Below are positions 20,714-31,516 of a stretch of DNA of 64,000 nucleotides, in pieces. The notes below the pieces were generated by a model, which had not been told where the DNA came from, searched no databases, and worked only from the letters and a program-made list of their open reading frames with translations. Both the position numbers and the translations under genes were made by a program. The number at the start of each line of letters is the position of its first letter. The first letter of the stretch is position 1. Origin of the DNA: Terriglobia bacterium (lineage in GTDB: Bacteria; Acidobacteriota; Terriglobia; JAJPHL01; JAPKYU01); assembly GCA_965206645.1 (NCBI GenBank), contig CBDBKE010000004.1, forward strand, positions 2,016,001 to 2,080,000. Direction: 5' to 3'.

Positions 20714-21607
20714 ATGTCCAACCAGGGAACTGATCGCACAAAGCTGACCTTCTCACAAGCGGAGGGAATCAATCCTCTTCCGAAACCTGCAGCCTTGGGT
20801 ACATTGTCCCAGGAAGCACGGGTTTCTCTTTGGAACACCACCTACCAGAGCCTCTTGACTGCGAAGAAGTCCTCAAGCGAGATATACCCACCCATAGAGG
20901 ACTGCATAACGGATCCGTGGAAAAAGATTCTGCACCACTACCACACATCCTACCTATACAAGCCGACGGATGAGTTTACTACTGATTTTGCGGTACACAA
21001 GAACGATCTAAAACATCTCTTCATGAAGGGCGAATACAACCGGGTATTCGATTTTCTCCAAGTCGTCCTCAGACATAGACCGTCCCCGTACAAATTCCGT
21101 GACGCCGTCGCATCCGTTTTGGAACATTGCATGTGTGCATATGCAGTCGTCGAGGATGGCCCCACAATTGTTCCAATGGCGCTGCCGGAACAACGGGAAT
21201 TTGTTCAAAAAGCCTTTCAGGTGTTGAAGTCCGGGCCGTTCGAAGGAGCACGGTCTCACCTTCGCAAGGCAGTCAAATGTATCAACGACGGTGATCCGGC
21301 CGGAAGCGTCCGTGAGAGCATTCACGCTGTCGAATCGGTAGCCAAGCGCCTCGACGCAGATGCGGCAACGTCATTGAAACCAGCACTCGATGCGCTGTCG
21401 CAGAAGGTAGCCCTTCATGGTGCATTCAAGAAGGGAATCGGGAATCTCTACGGCTATACCAGCAATGAAGATGGCATACGCCACGCTCTCCTTGACGAGC
21501 AGGCGAATGTCGATACAGACGACGCCGTCTTTATGTTTGGCGCTTGCACATCCTTCGCGGCCTACTTGGTCAACAAGGCGCGCAAGGTCGGGCTGCTCGA
21601 ACCATAG
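20714..21607 (+). CDS. AbiJ-NTD4-like putative defence protein
   Basis: TFSQAEG...SLWN N-terminus; ESIHAVES...LYGYTSNEDGIRH C-terminus. Confidence 0.65.
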   Translation: MSNQGTDRTKLTFSQAEGINPLPKPAALGTLSQEARVSLWNTTYQSLLTAKKSSSEIYPPIEDCITDPWKKILHHYHTSYLYKPTDEFTTDFAVHKNDLKHLFMKGEYNRVFDFLQVVLRHRPSPYKFRDAVASVLEHCMCAYAVVEDGPTIVPMALPEQREFVQKAFQVLKSGPFEGARSHLRKAVKCINDGDPAGSVRESIHAVESVAKRLDADAATSLKPALDALSQKVALHGAFKKGIGNLYGYTSNEDGIRHALLDEQANVDTDDAVFMFGACTSFAAYLVNKARKVGLLEP

Positions 21608-21646
21608 GTTTCAGACGCTTGAGAGGGCCGCACCGTTGTTATTTAT

Positions 21647-21825
21647 GAATCAGGCAGGCGTCTTCCACGGTTTTCTCCCAACTCCTTCCGTTCGTCGCAA
21701 TTACACGGTTTTGGGGCGTCCGCTTTCGCTCGCAACGCCTACGGCCTAGCCCGCTTGCTGGGCGAGTTTTCTGACGGTTTCTTGACGGTAGTTGCTGCCA
21801 CGGCCATGCTCTACGGGCTGCGCAG
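21647..21825 (+). repeat. Repeat A copy 3
   Basis: GAATCAGGCAGGCGTCTTCCACGG...; homology ends just before the IS481-like element. Confidence 0.85.
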
Positions 21826-21830
21826 TACCT

Positions 21831-23198
21831 TGTCCCTGGCGAATTGCTAGTTTACGGCCTAATTCCTGGGTTTAGCGGTTCTTGCTAAGATGCTGAGATA
21901 CGCAATCTCGTTATCCTTTTAGTCCATGTCATGGCTACTCTTACCCGGTTCTTGGGTCCGGGTGGCATTCGCTCTGTGATCGCCGAGTCCGTTCTCGCCA
22001 AGCAACAACTCCTGATCCTCAATCGTTCGCGACAGCGGTCACCCAATCTACGCACTTCAGATCGCCTCGTCGCCGGCCTGTGTGCTCTCCTCATCCGACC
22101 CGCCCGCCTGATCCGCTCAGCAATCGTGCTGAAACCTTCGACTCTCTTGAACTTCCACCAGGTTATGAGGAATCGAAAATATCGCCTGCTCTTCTCCTCC
22201 AAGTACAGAGGTAAGCCCGGACCAAAGGGGCCCAACAAAGAACTCATTGAAGCCGTCGTCCAGATGAAGCAACGCAATCCCGCCTGGGGCTGTCCGCGAA
22301 TTGCTAAACAGATTGCCTTGGCTTTCGACATCCCCATCGACAAAGACGTTGTTCGAAGGATTCTCGCCAGCCACTATCGGCCGAAAAAGGACTCCGGTGG
22401 TCCATCCTGGCTGACCTTCATTGGCCACATGAAGGACAGCCTCTGGAGTATAGATCTGTTCCGGTGCGAATCGGCCACGTTGCGGACCCGCTGGGTCTTG
22501 GTCGTCATGGATCAATACACCCGCCGGATCATTGGGTTCGGCGTCCACGCCGGAACCGTCAATGGCGTCGCACTTTGCCGCATGTTCAACCGCGCCATTC
22601 GATGGCTACCCTGTATGCCCAACTACCTCAGCTCCGACCATGATCCCCTGTATCGGTTTGGGCAGTGGCAAGCCAATCTGCGGATCCTGGAAGTGACCGA
22701 AATCAAAACCGTCCCCTATGTTCCCCTGTCCCATCCCTTTGTGGAACGGTTGATCGGCACGATTCGACGCGAGTATTTGGATCGCACGTTGTTCTGGACG
22801 ACGGCGGACCTGGAGAACAAGCTGCTCGATTTCAGGACATATTTCAATGCGTATCGCTCGCACACTGGACTGGAGGGGAGAACGCCTGATCCAGTCACGC
22901 CTATACCACGACCAGTCGCCAGGCTCCATTCCTATGGATGGCAACGCCACTGCAGAGGCCTCTATCACACCCCAATGACTGCCTGATTCTCCAAAGACTG
23001 GTGCTCCCTGTGTAACCGGCGGACATCGGTAGGCGGGCACTTCCTACGAAACCATTCGCTGTTTGAGCTTGTCAACGCGGAGCGGTTGTCTGATCTGATT
23101 GTTTCGCTGCTACCGAGGGTACTCCGCCAGTGTGCACTCGCCTCACTGGGGCAGCGGTCACGGGTAGAATCGCTCAACATATCAATTCGCAATGGACA
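21831..23198 (+). mobile_element. IS481-like (rve integrase core) element; CDS 21931-22986
   Basis: Ends TGTCCCTGGCGAATTG / CAATTCGCAATGGACA; WSIDLF, SDHD and VERLIGTIRRE motifs. Confidence 0.8.
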
Positions 23199-23365
23199 GG
23201 CTACCTCTCCTCTTCTCCTTTCACTCTCTCCCTTCTTTTCCATAGCTTTACACCCATTCAGGGACTCTGCTTTCGCTCAGCACATAACCCTTTTGGGCTG
23301 TTTGACTTGCATTTCTGACACATTTTCGGCACAGCAGGAGTGAAAGAGCCCTCCGGTCAAAATAT

Positions 23366-24580
23366 CTACGGAGCTTTCTCCGGAAATAATCCGGGCATCC
23401 ACCGCCAGGCTAGCGTTGCGGGGAACGTGAGGCGTAGTGGCGCGCGAGGGCTTTCGGAAACCAGCACTCCCTTATCCACCAGAGCCGAGACAATGCGGCG
23501 GGCTTGCCGCTCACCTGTGCCGACAACAGTGGCGGCGTCTCCGCGGGGCAGTTCCCCGCGGTAGAGGACTGCTTCCAGAATACTGCCGGATTTTAGAGGT
23601 AGGCTTCCCAGCCTGATTTCCTCTTCCGCCCACAACAGAATTCGGGTGCGGAGGCGGTCTGGCTGAACCAAGCCCTCCATGAAGGATACTTGGTCAATGC
23701 AGACGCTTAGAAAGAACCGAGTAAACTCAGCAATGGCTTCTTCACTTAAGGTGCCTCGCCCGTCCAGATCGTTGCGGCGTGTCAGATCGCAGTTGGCAAG
23801 ATGGGTTTTGTACTGCTCGACGTTGCGGGCAAGACCTCGTGCGACTGACCAGACCGCACCGGTATCAAGCAGCTCCAGCAACATACTATGCGACATCAGC
23901 CGCGCCACTCGGCCATTGCCATCCAGGAACGGGTGAATCCATAGCAGCCGATGGTGGGCCGCCGCCGTTGAGATAACCAACTCGGTCCTGCCGATACTCC
24001 CGTAAATCTCCTCGAAGCGTTTCAGAAAGCGCGGTACGGCGCCGGGGCTGATGGCGAGATGGCCTCCTACCCGAATGTCACGCTTCCTCAACTCACCCCG
24101 TACAAGGCGGATGCGCTCGTTGGTAACCGGTTCTTCGACCCAGAGGAGATCCTCGGGCAGCAACTCGCAAAAACGACGGTGGATTTCACATATCCCTTCG
24201 GCTCTGATGGAGTGGCCCCTTCGCAGGCCACCAGCATCGATCCATTGCTGAACGGAGATATGCGCCTTGGCTTCGAACTGCAGGTTGCGTTTGCGGGCAT
24301 CCTGGCTGTACTCGTTTTTGAGCGCCCTTTCGATTTCCACCGGATGCGTGTCATGTCCCTCAATGAGGTTGGAATAGTAACAGTTCATGGCCCGCACCAA
24401 ATCGGCGAGCGAGGCCAACAAACTTGGGGGCAGACTCCGACGAAAACCAGCGGTTTTCTGTGTGAGATCGAATGCGAGGTCGGTAATCGCCCCCCGGTGC
24501 CGGGAGCCCTGGCTGATCAGCAGAGGCTCCATAAGGGAGACGATCTCGCCTCGATCTTCCAGTTCTATGTCCGCTATCAT
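23366..24580 (-). CDS. Fic family protein with a C-terminal HTH
   Basis: HPFLDGNGRVAR motif; YSNLIEG. Confidence 0.92.
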   Translation of the reverse strand: MIADIELEDRGEIVSLMEPLLISQGSRHRGAITDLAFDLTQKTAGFRRSLPPSLLASLADLVRAMNCYYSNLIEGHDTHPVEIERALKNEYSQDARKRNLQFEAKAHISVQQWIDAGGLRRGHSIRAEGICEIHRRFCELLPEDLLWVEEPVTNERIRLVRGELRKRDIRVGGHLAISPGAVPRFLKRFEEIYGSIGRTELVISTAAAHHRLLWIHPFLDGNGRVARLMSHSMLLELLDTGAVWSVARGLARNVEQYKTHLANCDLTRRNDLDGRGTLSEEAIAEFTRFFLSVCIDQVSFMEGLVQPDRLRTRILLWAEEEIRLGSLPLKSGSILEAVLYRGELPRGDAATVVGTGERQARRIVSALVDKGVLVSESPRAPLRLTFPATLAWRWMPGLFPEKAP

Positions 24581-24775
24581 AACCGCCTCTCTTGCCGATA
24601 CAAGACATTATATAACAGATAGATAATGAGTCAATAGCGGCTATATTAGACCACTGGAATGTCCGCAACGATGTCCGCATGATATTGTGATCCACTAGCC
24701 AGCAGCAATGTCTAGGCAGTTCCTTATCACCTTAGAAATCCCCGGCCGGGTCAAGAGCATCATCTGGGAGAGTTG

Positions 24776-27423
24776 TGACCAGACCGATTTTTTGTACCAA
24801 CCGTAGTGAGAGTTCACATCGCAGCCTGGGGCTGTGAAACTGGTTTCAGTGGCAGGGGAGGGCTATAGAGTCTGTGTGAAAACCGCTCTTGCGAGTCACG
24901 TATAATGCGCCTTAAGGGGGCGCGATGAAATTCTTGACCTACAACCCGGAGCAAGCGTATCTGCTACCGCCCAGCGTGCGGGAGGTGCTGGGAGAAGATC
25001 ACATCTGTTTTTTTGTGCACCAAGTCGTGGAGCGGCTGGAACTGAGTGCGTTTGAGCAGGGCTACGTGGAAGAAGGCCGCCCGGCCTATCATCCGGCGCT
25101 GTTGCTGAAGGTGTGGCTGTATGCCTACGCGCTGGGCGTGACCTCGGCCCGCCGTCTGGAACAGCGGGTGCGGGAGGACCTGGCGTTCCGTTATCTGGCG
25201 GCCGGAGCGGGGCCGGACTTTTGGACGCTGAACCAGTTTCGGACGCGGCACGCCCGTGCCCTGAACGATCTGTTCACACAGGTGGTGGAGTTGGCGCGGT
25301 CGCTGGGGATGGGGCGGCTGGGACACGTGGCCATGGACTCGACGCGGGTGGCGGCCAACGCCTCGCAGGACCGGGTGGAGACGGTGGCCAAGTTGAGGGC
25401 AGAGCGAGCCAAAATTCGGCGGCAGATTCGTCGCTGGCAGAAACAATGTGACACGCAGTCCTGCGAGGAAGCGGCTGGCCAGCAACTGAGCGGCAAGCAG
25501 ATGGCAGCGCTGGAGAAGCGGCTGGAAGAAATCCCGCGATGCCTGGAGCGGTTGCGCAAAAGCGGGCTGAAGCGGCGTTCGGAAACCGATCCCGACAGCC
25601 GGTTTTTGCGCGACCGCAAGGGATTCACGCTGGGTTACACGGCGGAGGTGGCGGTCAGCGAAGATCATCTGATTGTCGAGCAGCACGTGGGGCAAAACGC
25701 CACCGACAACGCGACGCTGGTCCCTCTGGTGGAGGCGGTCGAGCGGCGCTGCCGGGAACGCCCGCAGAAGGTCAGCGCCGACAGCGGCTTCTTTTGCTTG
25801 GAGACCATCGTGGAACTGGCCCAGCGTGGCCTGGACGTCTATGTGCCCGACTCGAACTTGGCGCGGGAACTGAACCGAGGCCAACGCGCGCCCGGAGCAC
25901 CTGCTGTACGGCATCCGGAACATCGGCGAATGCGACGCAAGCTGCGCGACCCGGCCGGCCGGGCGGTTTATCAGCGGCGCAAGGCGATCGTGGAACCAGT
26001 GATCGGGGTTTTGAAAGAACAGCGTGGAATGCGGCAGTTCCGGCGGCGGGGCCTGGAGAAGGTCGCGGTGGAGTTCGCGCTGGCCGCAACGGCCTTCAAC
26101 CTCACCCGCCTGTGGCGCAACAAACCGAAGCTAAATCAGGAAGGCTAGTTCAGCAGACTCCCGGACCGGCGACTCGGCGAAGATCGAAACACCAGAATTC
26201 TGGAGCGAATCATGATCCCTTTTGATTTCCAGCCAGCTAAACCGAGTTTCCACACAGGCTCTATAGGCCCCCGGCGCCGGGGGCCTATAGGCGAGCGCCG
26301 AGTGCGGCCGCACCGTGTTGTATTGCACCCTCCACTGTTCAATCACCACCTGTGCCTCCTTCAACGAGTAGAAGATCTCTCCATTCAGGCATTCGTCCCG
26401 CAGCTTCCCATTGAAACTCTCGCAGTACCCGTTCTCCCAGGGACTGCCCGGTTCGATGTACAGTGTCCCGGTCCCTAGATTTGCCAACCACTGGCGCAGT
26501 TGTTTAGCGATGAACTCGGGACCATTGTCGGATCGAATCTGTTCCGGTATCCCTCGCCACAACATCACGTCCGACAACGCCTCAATGATTTGTTGGCTGC
26601 CCATCCTCCGCTCCACCCGGATCGCCAGGCATTCCCGCGTGTACTCATCCAGCAAGGTCAGCAGCCGCAGCGTTCTCCCCTCGTGCGTTCTGGCACTCAT
26701 GAAGTCGTAGCTCCACACGTGGTTCGGTCGCTCCGGCCTCAGTCGTACACAGGAACCGTCGTTCAGCCACAGCCGTCCTCGCGGCCTTTGTTTTTGCGGC
26801 ACTTTCAGCCCTTCCCGCCGCCAAATCCGCTGCACCCGGTCCTTGCCCACTTCCCAGCCCGCACTCCGCAGCAACGCTGTGATCCTCCGGTAGCCATATC
26901 GCCCGTAGTTCGCTCCCAGGGCAATGATCGCTCGGGTCAGAGCATCCTCGTCCACCCGATGAATCGGCTCGTATCGTTGTGTCCCTCGCCATTGCCCCAG
27001 CAGCCGGCAGGCATGCCGTTCCGACAACCCGTGTTGCTCCCACGCACGCTCCACCGCACAACGCCGCCGCTCAGGGCTCAGAAGTTTCCCTGTGCCACAT
27101 CCCGCAGTACCTGCTTCTCCAGAGAAAGCTCCGCTACCAACCGCTTCAGCCGCGTGTTTTCCTTCCCCAACTCCTTCAGCCGTTTTGCCTGCACCACCTT
27201 CAGCCCGCCGTATTCCTTCCGCCACCGGTAGTAGGTTTGGGTGTGGATTCCAGCTTCTTTGCAGGCTTGGGGCGCAGTCTTCCCGTTCCCCATCTGCACT
27301 TCTATCTGCCGTAGCACCGCTACAATCTGCTCCGGCTTGTAACTCCTTGTCGGCATGACCTCACTTCCTCCTCAAGTGGATTCTCTCTCTTTCCACTTGG
27401 TACAAAAAGTGCCGGTCAGGTCA
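24776..27423 (-). mobile_element. IS3-family element, interrupted by IS1182
   Basis: Near-identical to 28847-30096 in reverse orientation; orfA 27078-27356. Confidence 0.95.
24868..26261 (+). mobile_element. IS1182-family element; transposase 24925-26148
   Basis: Ends GAGTCTGTGTGAAAAC / GTTTCCACACAGGCTC; TATA duplication; GRPAYHP, MDST, ADSG and RKAIVEPV motifs. Confidence 0.93.
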
Positions 27424-28342
27424 AGATGACTCGCTCCTCAGTCCCAGCCAGCTTGCCACCGTAAGGCGGCACGCCGACAGGTTGTTGCGCGACGCATCAG
27501 CCCATGGCCGGTTTCCGACGCCGATTGATGACCTGATGGACGCGGCGAAGCTGACCATTGTGGACGACGAGGTGCTGAACAAAAGCCTGCTGCGTCAATT
27601 TGTCAGAAAAGCGAAATTCGGCGTCGCGACGGTCAAATCTGCGTTGAGCAAGGTATTGGGGCTCTTCGAGTCTCATGACCGACTCGTCGTCATCGACAAG
27701 AACACTCCCAAGCCCCGCAAACCCTTCATTAAACTGCATGAAGCCGGCCATGGCTCACTGCCGCACCAGTCCAAGGTCTACCGTCTGATTCACGACTGTG
27801 AAAAGACGCTCGACGCCGAAATCACCGACCTGTTCGAGAGAGAGGCGAATGTCTTCGCGTCGGAGGCCTTGTTTCAGGGCGAAGTCTTCGCCAAGAAAGC
27901 CCAGGAGTTAAACTTCGGCATCAAGACTCCCATAGCGCTTGCACGCAAATTCGGTGCTTCCAACTACGCGACCTTCCGCCGCTTCGTCACCACGAATCCC
28001 TGCGCCTGTTGTGTCGTCGTTCTGGAGCCGCCAGGCTATGACTCCGAGGGCGAATTGAGCGCCGACGTACGGCGCGTCGTTATGTCCAAATCCTTCGCGA
28101 CGATATACGACGACAAGAGGCTCTGCGCCACCGTGACCGAGGACCACCCGCTCGTGCCGGTTGTCTCCGTCAACGGGCGTCGCATGACTTTTGAACAGGA
28201 GATCCTGCTAATGGACCGTAACCACGAGGAAAGGGTCTGTATCGCCGAAGCCTTCAATACCACTCACCAGACACTGGTTCTCATCCGAGACACAGGGTTC
28301 CGGAGGCGGGCCGGCATCGTTATTCCACAGGTCGCTTTTTAG
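27424..28342 (+). pseudogene. ImmA/IrrE (CapP-like) metallopeptidase, 5'-truncated by IS3
   Basis: HEAGH, EREANVFA, an HTH (LARKFGAS) and a GAF-like C-terminus; the frame runs back to the IS3 end. Confidence 0.75.
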
Positions 28343-28346
28343 TTGC

Positions 28347-28570
28347 TTGGTACAGCACGGGTTTCGTTCCTTCGTTTCCTCTTCCTTGTCTAGGATCCAT
28401 CCGCCTGGAGATGGGAATACCCACTCCGATCGGATCGAGTGTTCTCCGACCTCAACCAGAGTCTCCAGCGCCCAGGCCGACAATGGCACCCTGCACTCCC
28501 GCTTGTGCTCCATCCGTTCCACCGAAACTCTCCACTTTCTGGACTCCAGGTCGATGTCGGCTCGACTCCG
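28347..28570 (-). pseudogene. P4-like integrase fragments
   Basis: DIDL...RM...RVPLS..AL...VFPS on the minus strand; HGFRS on the plus strand. Confidence 0.5.
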
Positions 28571-28612
28571 CGGCGTTAAGTTGACATTCTTATGACTGAA
28601 GGGCGAATCATC

Positions 28613-28846
28613 ATGAGCGACCAAGACGCGTTCGAGCGCATCCTGGCGTCGTTGTACGACGCCAGGATGGAGGATACCCGCTGGCCGGCCACCTCGGCCC
28701 TGATTGACGAGGCCTGCGGCCTGACGGGCAATGCCCTCCTGGTCGGCGAAGGCCCGAAGAACGATATCCGGGTCCTCTTCGTCGGGCTCTACTACCGGGG
28801 GCAGCGCCGCACCGATCTGGAGCGTGAGTACCTCAAAGTCTACCAT
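28613..28846 (+). pseudogene. N-terminus of a sensor/LuxR-type regulator, truncated by IS3
   Basis: FERILASLYDA...RWPATSALIDEACG pattern; ends at the IS3 IRL. Confidence 0.55.
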
Positions 28847-30096
28847 TGACCTGACCGGCACTTTTTGTACCAAGTGGAAAGAGAGAGAATCCACTTGAGG
28901 AGGAAGTGAGGTCATGCCGACAAGGAGTTACAAGCCGGAGCAGATTGTAGCGGTGCTACGGCAGATAGAAGTGCAGATGGGGAACGGGAAGACTGCGCCC
29001 CAAGCCTGCAAAGAAGCTGGAATCCACACCCAAACCTACTACCGGTGGCGGAAGGAATACGGCGGGCTGAAGGTGGTGCAGGCAAAACGGCTAAAGGAGT
29101 TGGAGAAGGAAAACACGCGGCTGAAGCGGTTGGTAGCGGAGCTTTCTCTGGAGAAGCAGGTGCTGCGGGATGTGGCACAGGGAAACTTCTGAGCCCTGAG
29201 CGGCGGCGTTGTGCGGTGGAGCGTGCGTGGGAGCAACACGGGTTGTCGGAACGGCATGCCTGCCGGCTGCTGGGGCAATGGCGAGGGACACAACGATACG
29301 AGCCGATTCATCGGGTGGACGAGGATGCTCTGACCCGAGCGATCATTGCCCTGGGAGCGAACTACGGGCGATATGGCTACCGGAGGATCACAGCGTTGCT
29401 GCGGAGTGCGGGCTGGGAAGTGGGCAAGGACCGGGTGCAGCGGATTTGGCGGCGGGAAGGGCTGAAAGTGCCGCAAAAACAAAGGCCGCGAGGACGGCTG
29501 TGGCTGAACGACGGTTCCTGTGTACGACTGAGGCCGGAGCGACCGAACCACGTGTGGAGCTACGACTTCATGAGTGCCAGAACGTACGAGGGGAGAACGC
29601 TGCGGCTGCTGACCTTGCTGGATGAGTACACGCGGGAATGCCTGGCGATCCGGGTGGAGCGGAGGATGGGCAGCCAACAAATCATTGAGGCGTTGTCGGA
29701 CGTGATGTTGTGGCGAGGGATACCGGAACAGATTCGATCCGACAATGGTCCCGAGTTCATCGCCAAACAACTGCGCCAGTGGTTGGCAAATCTAGGGACC
29801 GGGACACTGTACATCGAACCGGGCAGTCCCTGGGAGAACGGGTACTGCGAGAGTTTCAATGGGAAGCTGCGGGACGAATGCCTGAATGGAGAGATCTTCT
29901 ACTCGTTGAAGGAGGCACAGGTGGTGATTGAACAGTGGAGGGTGCAATACAACACGGTGCGGCCGCACTCGGCGCTCGGCTATAGGCCCCCGGCGCCGGG
30001 GGCCTATAGCCCTCCCCTGCCACTGAAACCAGTTTCACAGCCCCAGGCTGCGATGTAAACTCTCACTACGGTTGGTACAAAAAATCGGTCTGGTCA
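28847..30096 (+). mobile_element. IS3-family element, intact (orfA 28914-29192, orfB to 30058, -1 frameshift at GGGAAAC)
   Basis: TG...CA terminal repeats; complete DDE motif. Confidence 0.95.
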
Positions 30097-30147
30097 CTAT
30101 CTGCCCCTCGATTATTCCTATTGGAGAGCGAAGGAGGCGGGCAGATT

Positions 30148-31113
30148 ATGAGCGCCGCGAGTGGCCTGGAACACCTGAAACCATTTCTACCGGGCTTAGA
30201 GAGCGCTCTGGAAGATTCCGAAGTCAGCGAGATCATGATTAACGGCCCCGGCAATGTCTGGGTCGAGCGGGCCGGGCGGTTGACGGCACATGACGCGCCG
30301 GACCTGGACGAATCGGCCCTCCTACGGGCAGCCATCCACATCGCGCGTCCGTTGGGCCTGGACCCGGCGAGCTCGCCGATTGTCGATGCGCGCCTGGACG
30401 ACGGCTCGCGGGTTGCCATCTGTGTTCCGCCCGCGAGCCCCACGGTGGCGATCACCATGCGGCGCTTTGGCAAGCGGGCGTTCTCGGCGGATGATCTCGT
30501 GAAGCAAGGCGCACTCTCTGAAAACGTACGGGCGGAAGCCGAGCGGGTGTTGCGCTCCCGGCGCAACATCCTGGTTTCAGGCGGCACCGGATCGGGCAAG
30601 ACCACCCTGCTTAACGCACTTATTGAATTGCTTCCCGACGACGAGCGCATCGTCGCCATCGAGGACACCCTGGAGCTTCGCATTGAGCGCTCGAATTGCG
30701 TCCGCTTCGAGGCTCGGGGGATCGACAGCGGCTCGGTGACGATCCGCGATCTTGTGCGCCATGCGCTGCGTCACCGCCCGGATCACATCGTGGTGGGCGA
30801 GGTGCGCGGCGGGGAGGCGGCGGACCTGCTGCAAGCCTTGAACACCGGACACGGCGGCTCCCTCACCACCGTACACGCCAACAACGCCGAGTCGGCCTTG
30901 TCGCGCATCGCCAGTTGCGCCATGCAGGGCGGCGGTGAGCTTCCCTGGGAAGTCACCTGCCGGGGCGTGGTGGACGGCATCGCTATGGTGATTCACATGA
31001 CCCGCCGAGAGGGACGTCGGTTCGTGGAGGAAGCGCTGCTCGTCCAGGGCTATGACGCGCCACAGAACCACTGGATCATCAAGCCGATCTGGAGGGAACA
31101 CGATGACGGATGA
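30148..31113 (+). CDS. VirB11/TrbB/CpaF family ATPase (module A)
   Basis: SEIMIN, Walker A GGTGSGKT, IEDTLEL, IVVGEVRG and NTGHGGSLTTVH. Confidence 0.92.
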   Translation: MSAASGLEHLKPFLPGLESALEDSEVSEIMINGPGNVWVERAGRLTAHDAPDLDESALLRAAIHIARPLGLDPASSPIVDARLDDGSRVAICVPPASPTVAITMRRFGKRAFSADDLVKQGALSENVRAEAERVLRSRRNILVSGGTGSGKTTLLNALIELLPDDERIVAIEDTLELRIERSNCVRFEARGIDSGSVTIRDLVRHALRHRPDHIVVGEVRGGEAADLLQALNTGHGGSLTTVHANNAESALSRIASCAMQGGGELPWEVTCRGVVDGIAMVIHMTRREGRRFVEEALLVQGYDAPQNHWIIKPIWREHDDG

Positions 31114-31301
31114 AGACTCTCGAGGACTTCGACCGGGAGCTCGGCCGGGGCGGTGAGGAGACGCTGGAAGTCCCGGCCTGGATCGCCGAACAATACGGCG
31201 TCTTTCCCGAAGACGCAGGCCGCCGGACTCGCCGATCCGGGACGGAAGGTGGATCTGAAGGAGCGCTCGGTCCGGCGTGGAGAGTAGGGAGGGAAAGATG
31301 A
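31110..31301 (+). CDS. Small hypothetical protein (module A)
   Basis: ATGA overlaps on both sides; paralog at 34494-34772. Confidence 0.6.
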   Translation: MKTLEDFDRELGRGGEETLEVPAWIAEQYGVFPEDAGRRTRRSGTEGGSEGALGPAWRVGRER

Positions 31302-31516
31302 GCCTTGACGGAGAAGCGCCAGATGCCCCGATCACGGTGAAGGCCGCCGCCCGTTTCCTGGGCGTCAGCCCCTCGCTGGTGTATGCTTACGTCGAGCGAA
31401 AGCAGATTCCCCATTACCGCATGATGGGCCGCTCGATCCGCTTCCGACGGTCGGAGTTAGCCGGGTGGCGCCAGCAATTTCATGTGAATGGAGGAATCGA
31501 TGAACAAGACAGGTAG
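31298..31516 (+). CDS. Excisionase-like HTH_17 protein (module A)
   Basis: TVKAAARFLGVSPSLVY...IPHYR..RSIRFRRSEL. Confidence 0.85.
   Translation: MSLDGEAPDAPITVKAAARFLGVSPSLVYAYVERKQIPHYRMMGRSIRFRRSELAGWRQQFHVNGGIDEQDR

Noticed and set aside
24560-24690. ATGTCCGC three times around the fic start as att arms or iterons
   Set aside because: The repeats are short and irregularly spaced, one lies inside the CDS, and no recombinase is linked.
26131-27225. 364-aa ORF as a distinct transposase variant
   Set aside because: It is IS3 orfB reading into the inserted IS1182 end; its N-terminus is the out-of-frame orfA region.
30148-31113. ATPase as evidence of a Tad pilus or complete T4SS
   Set aside because: No pilin, TadB/C, secretin, VirB4 or coupling protein is recognisable in the window.
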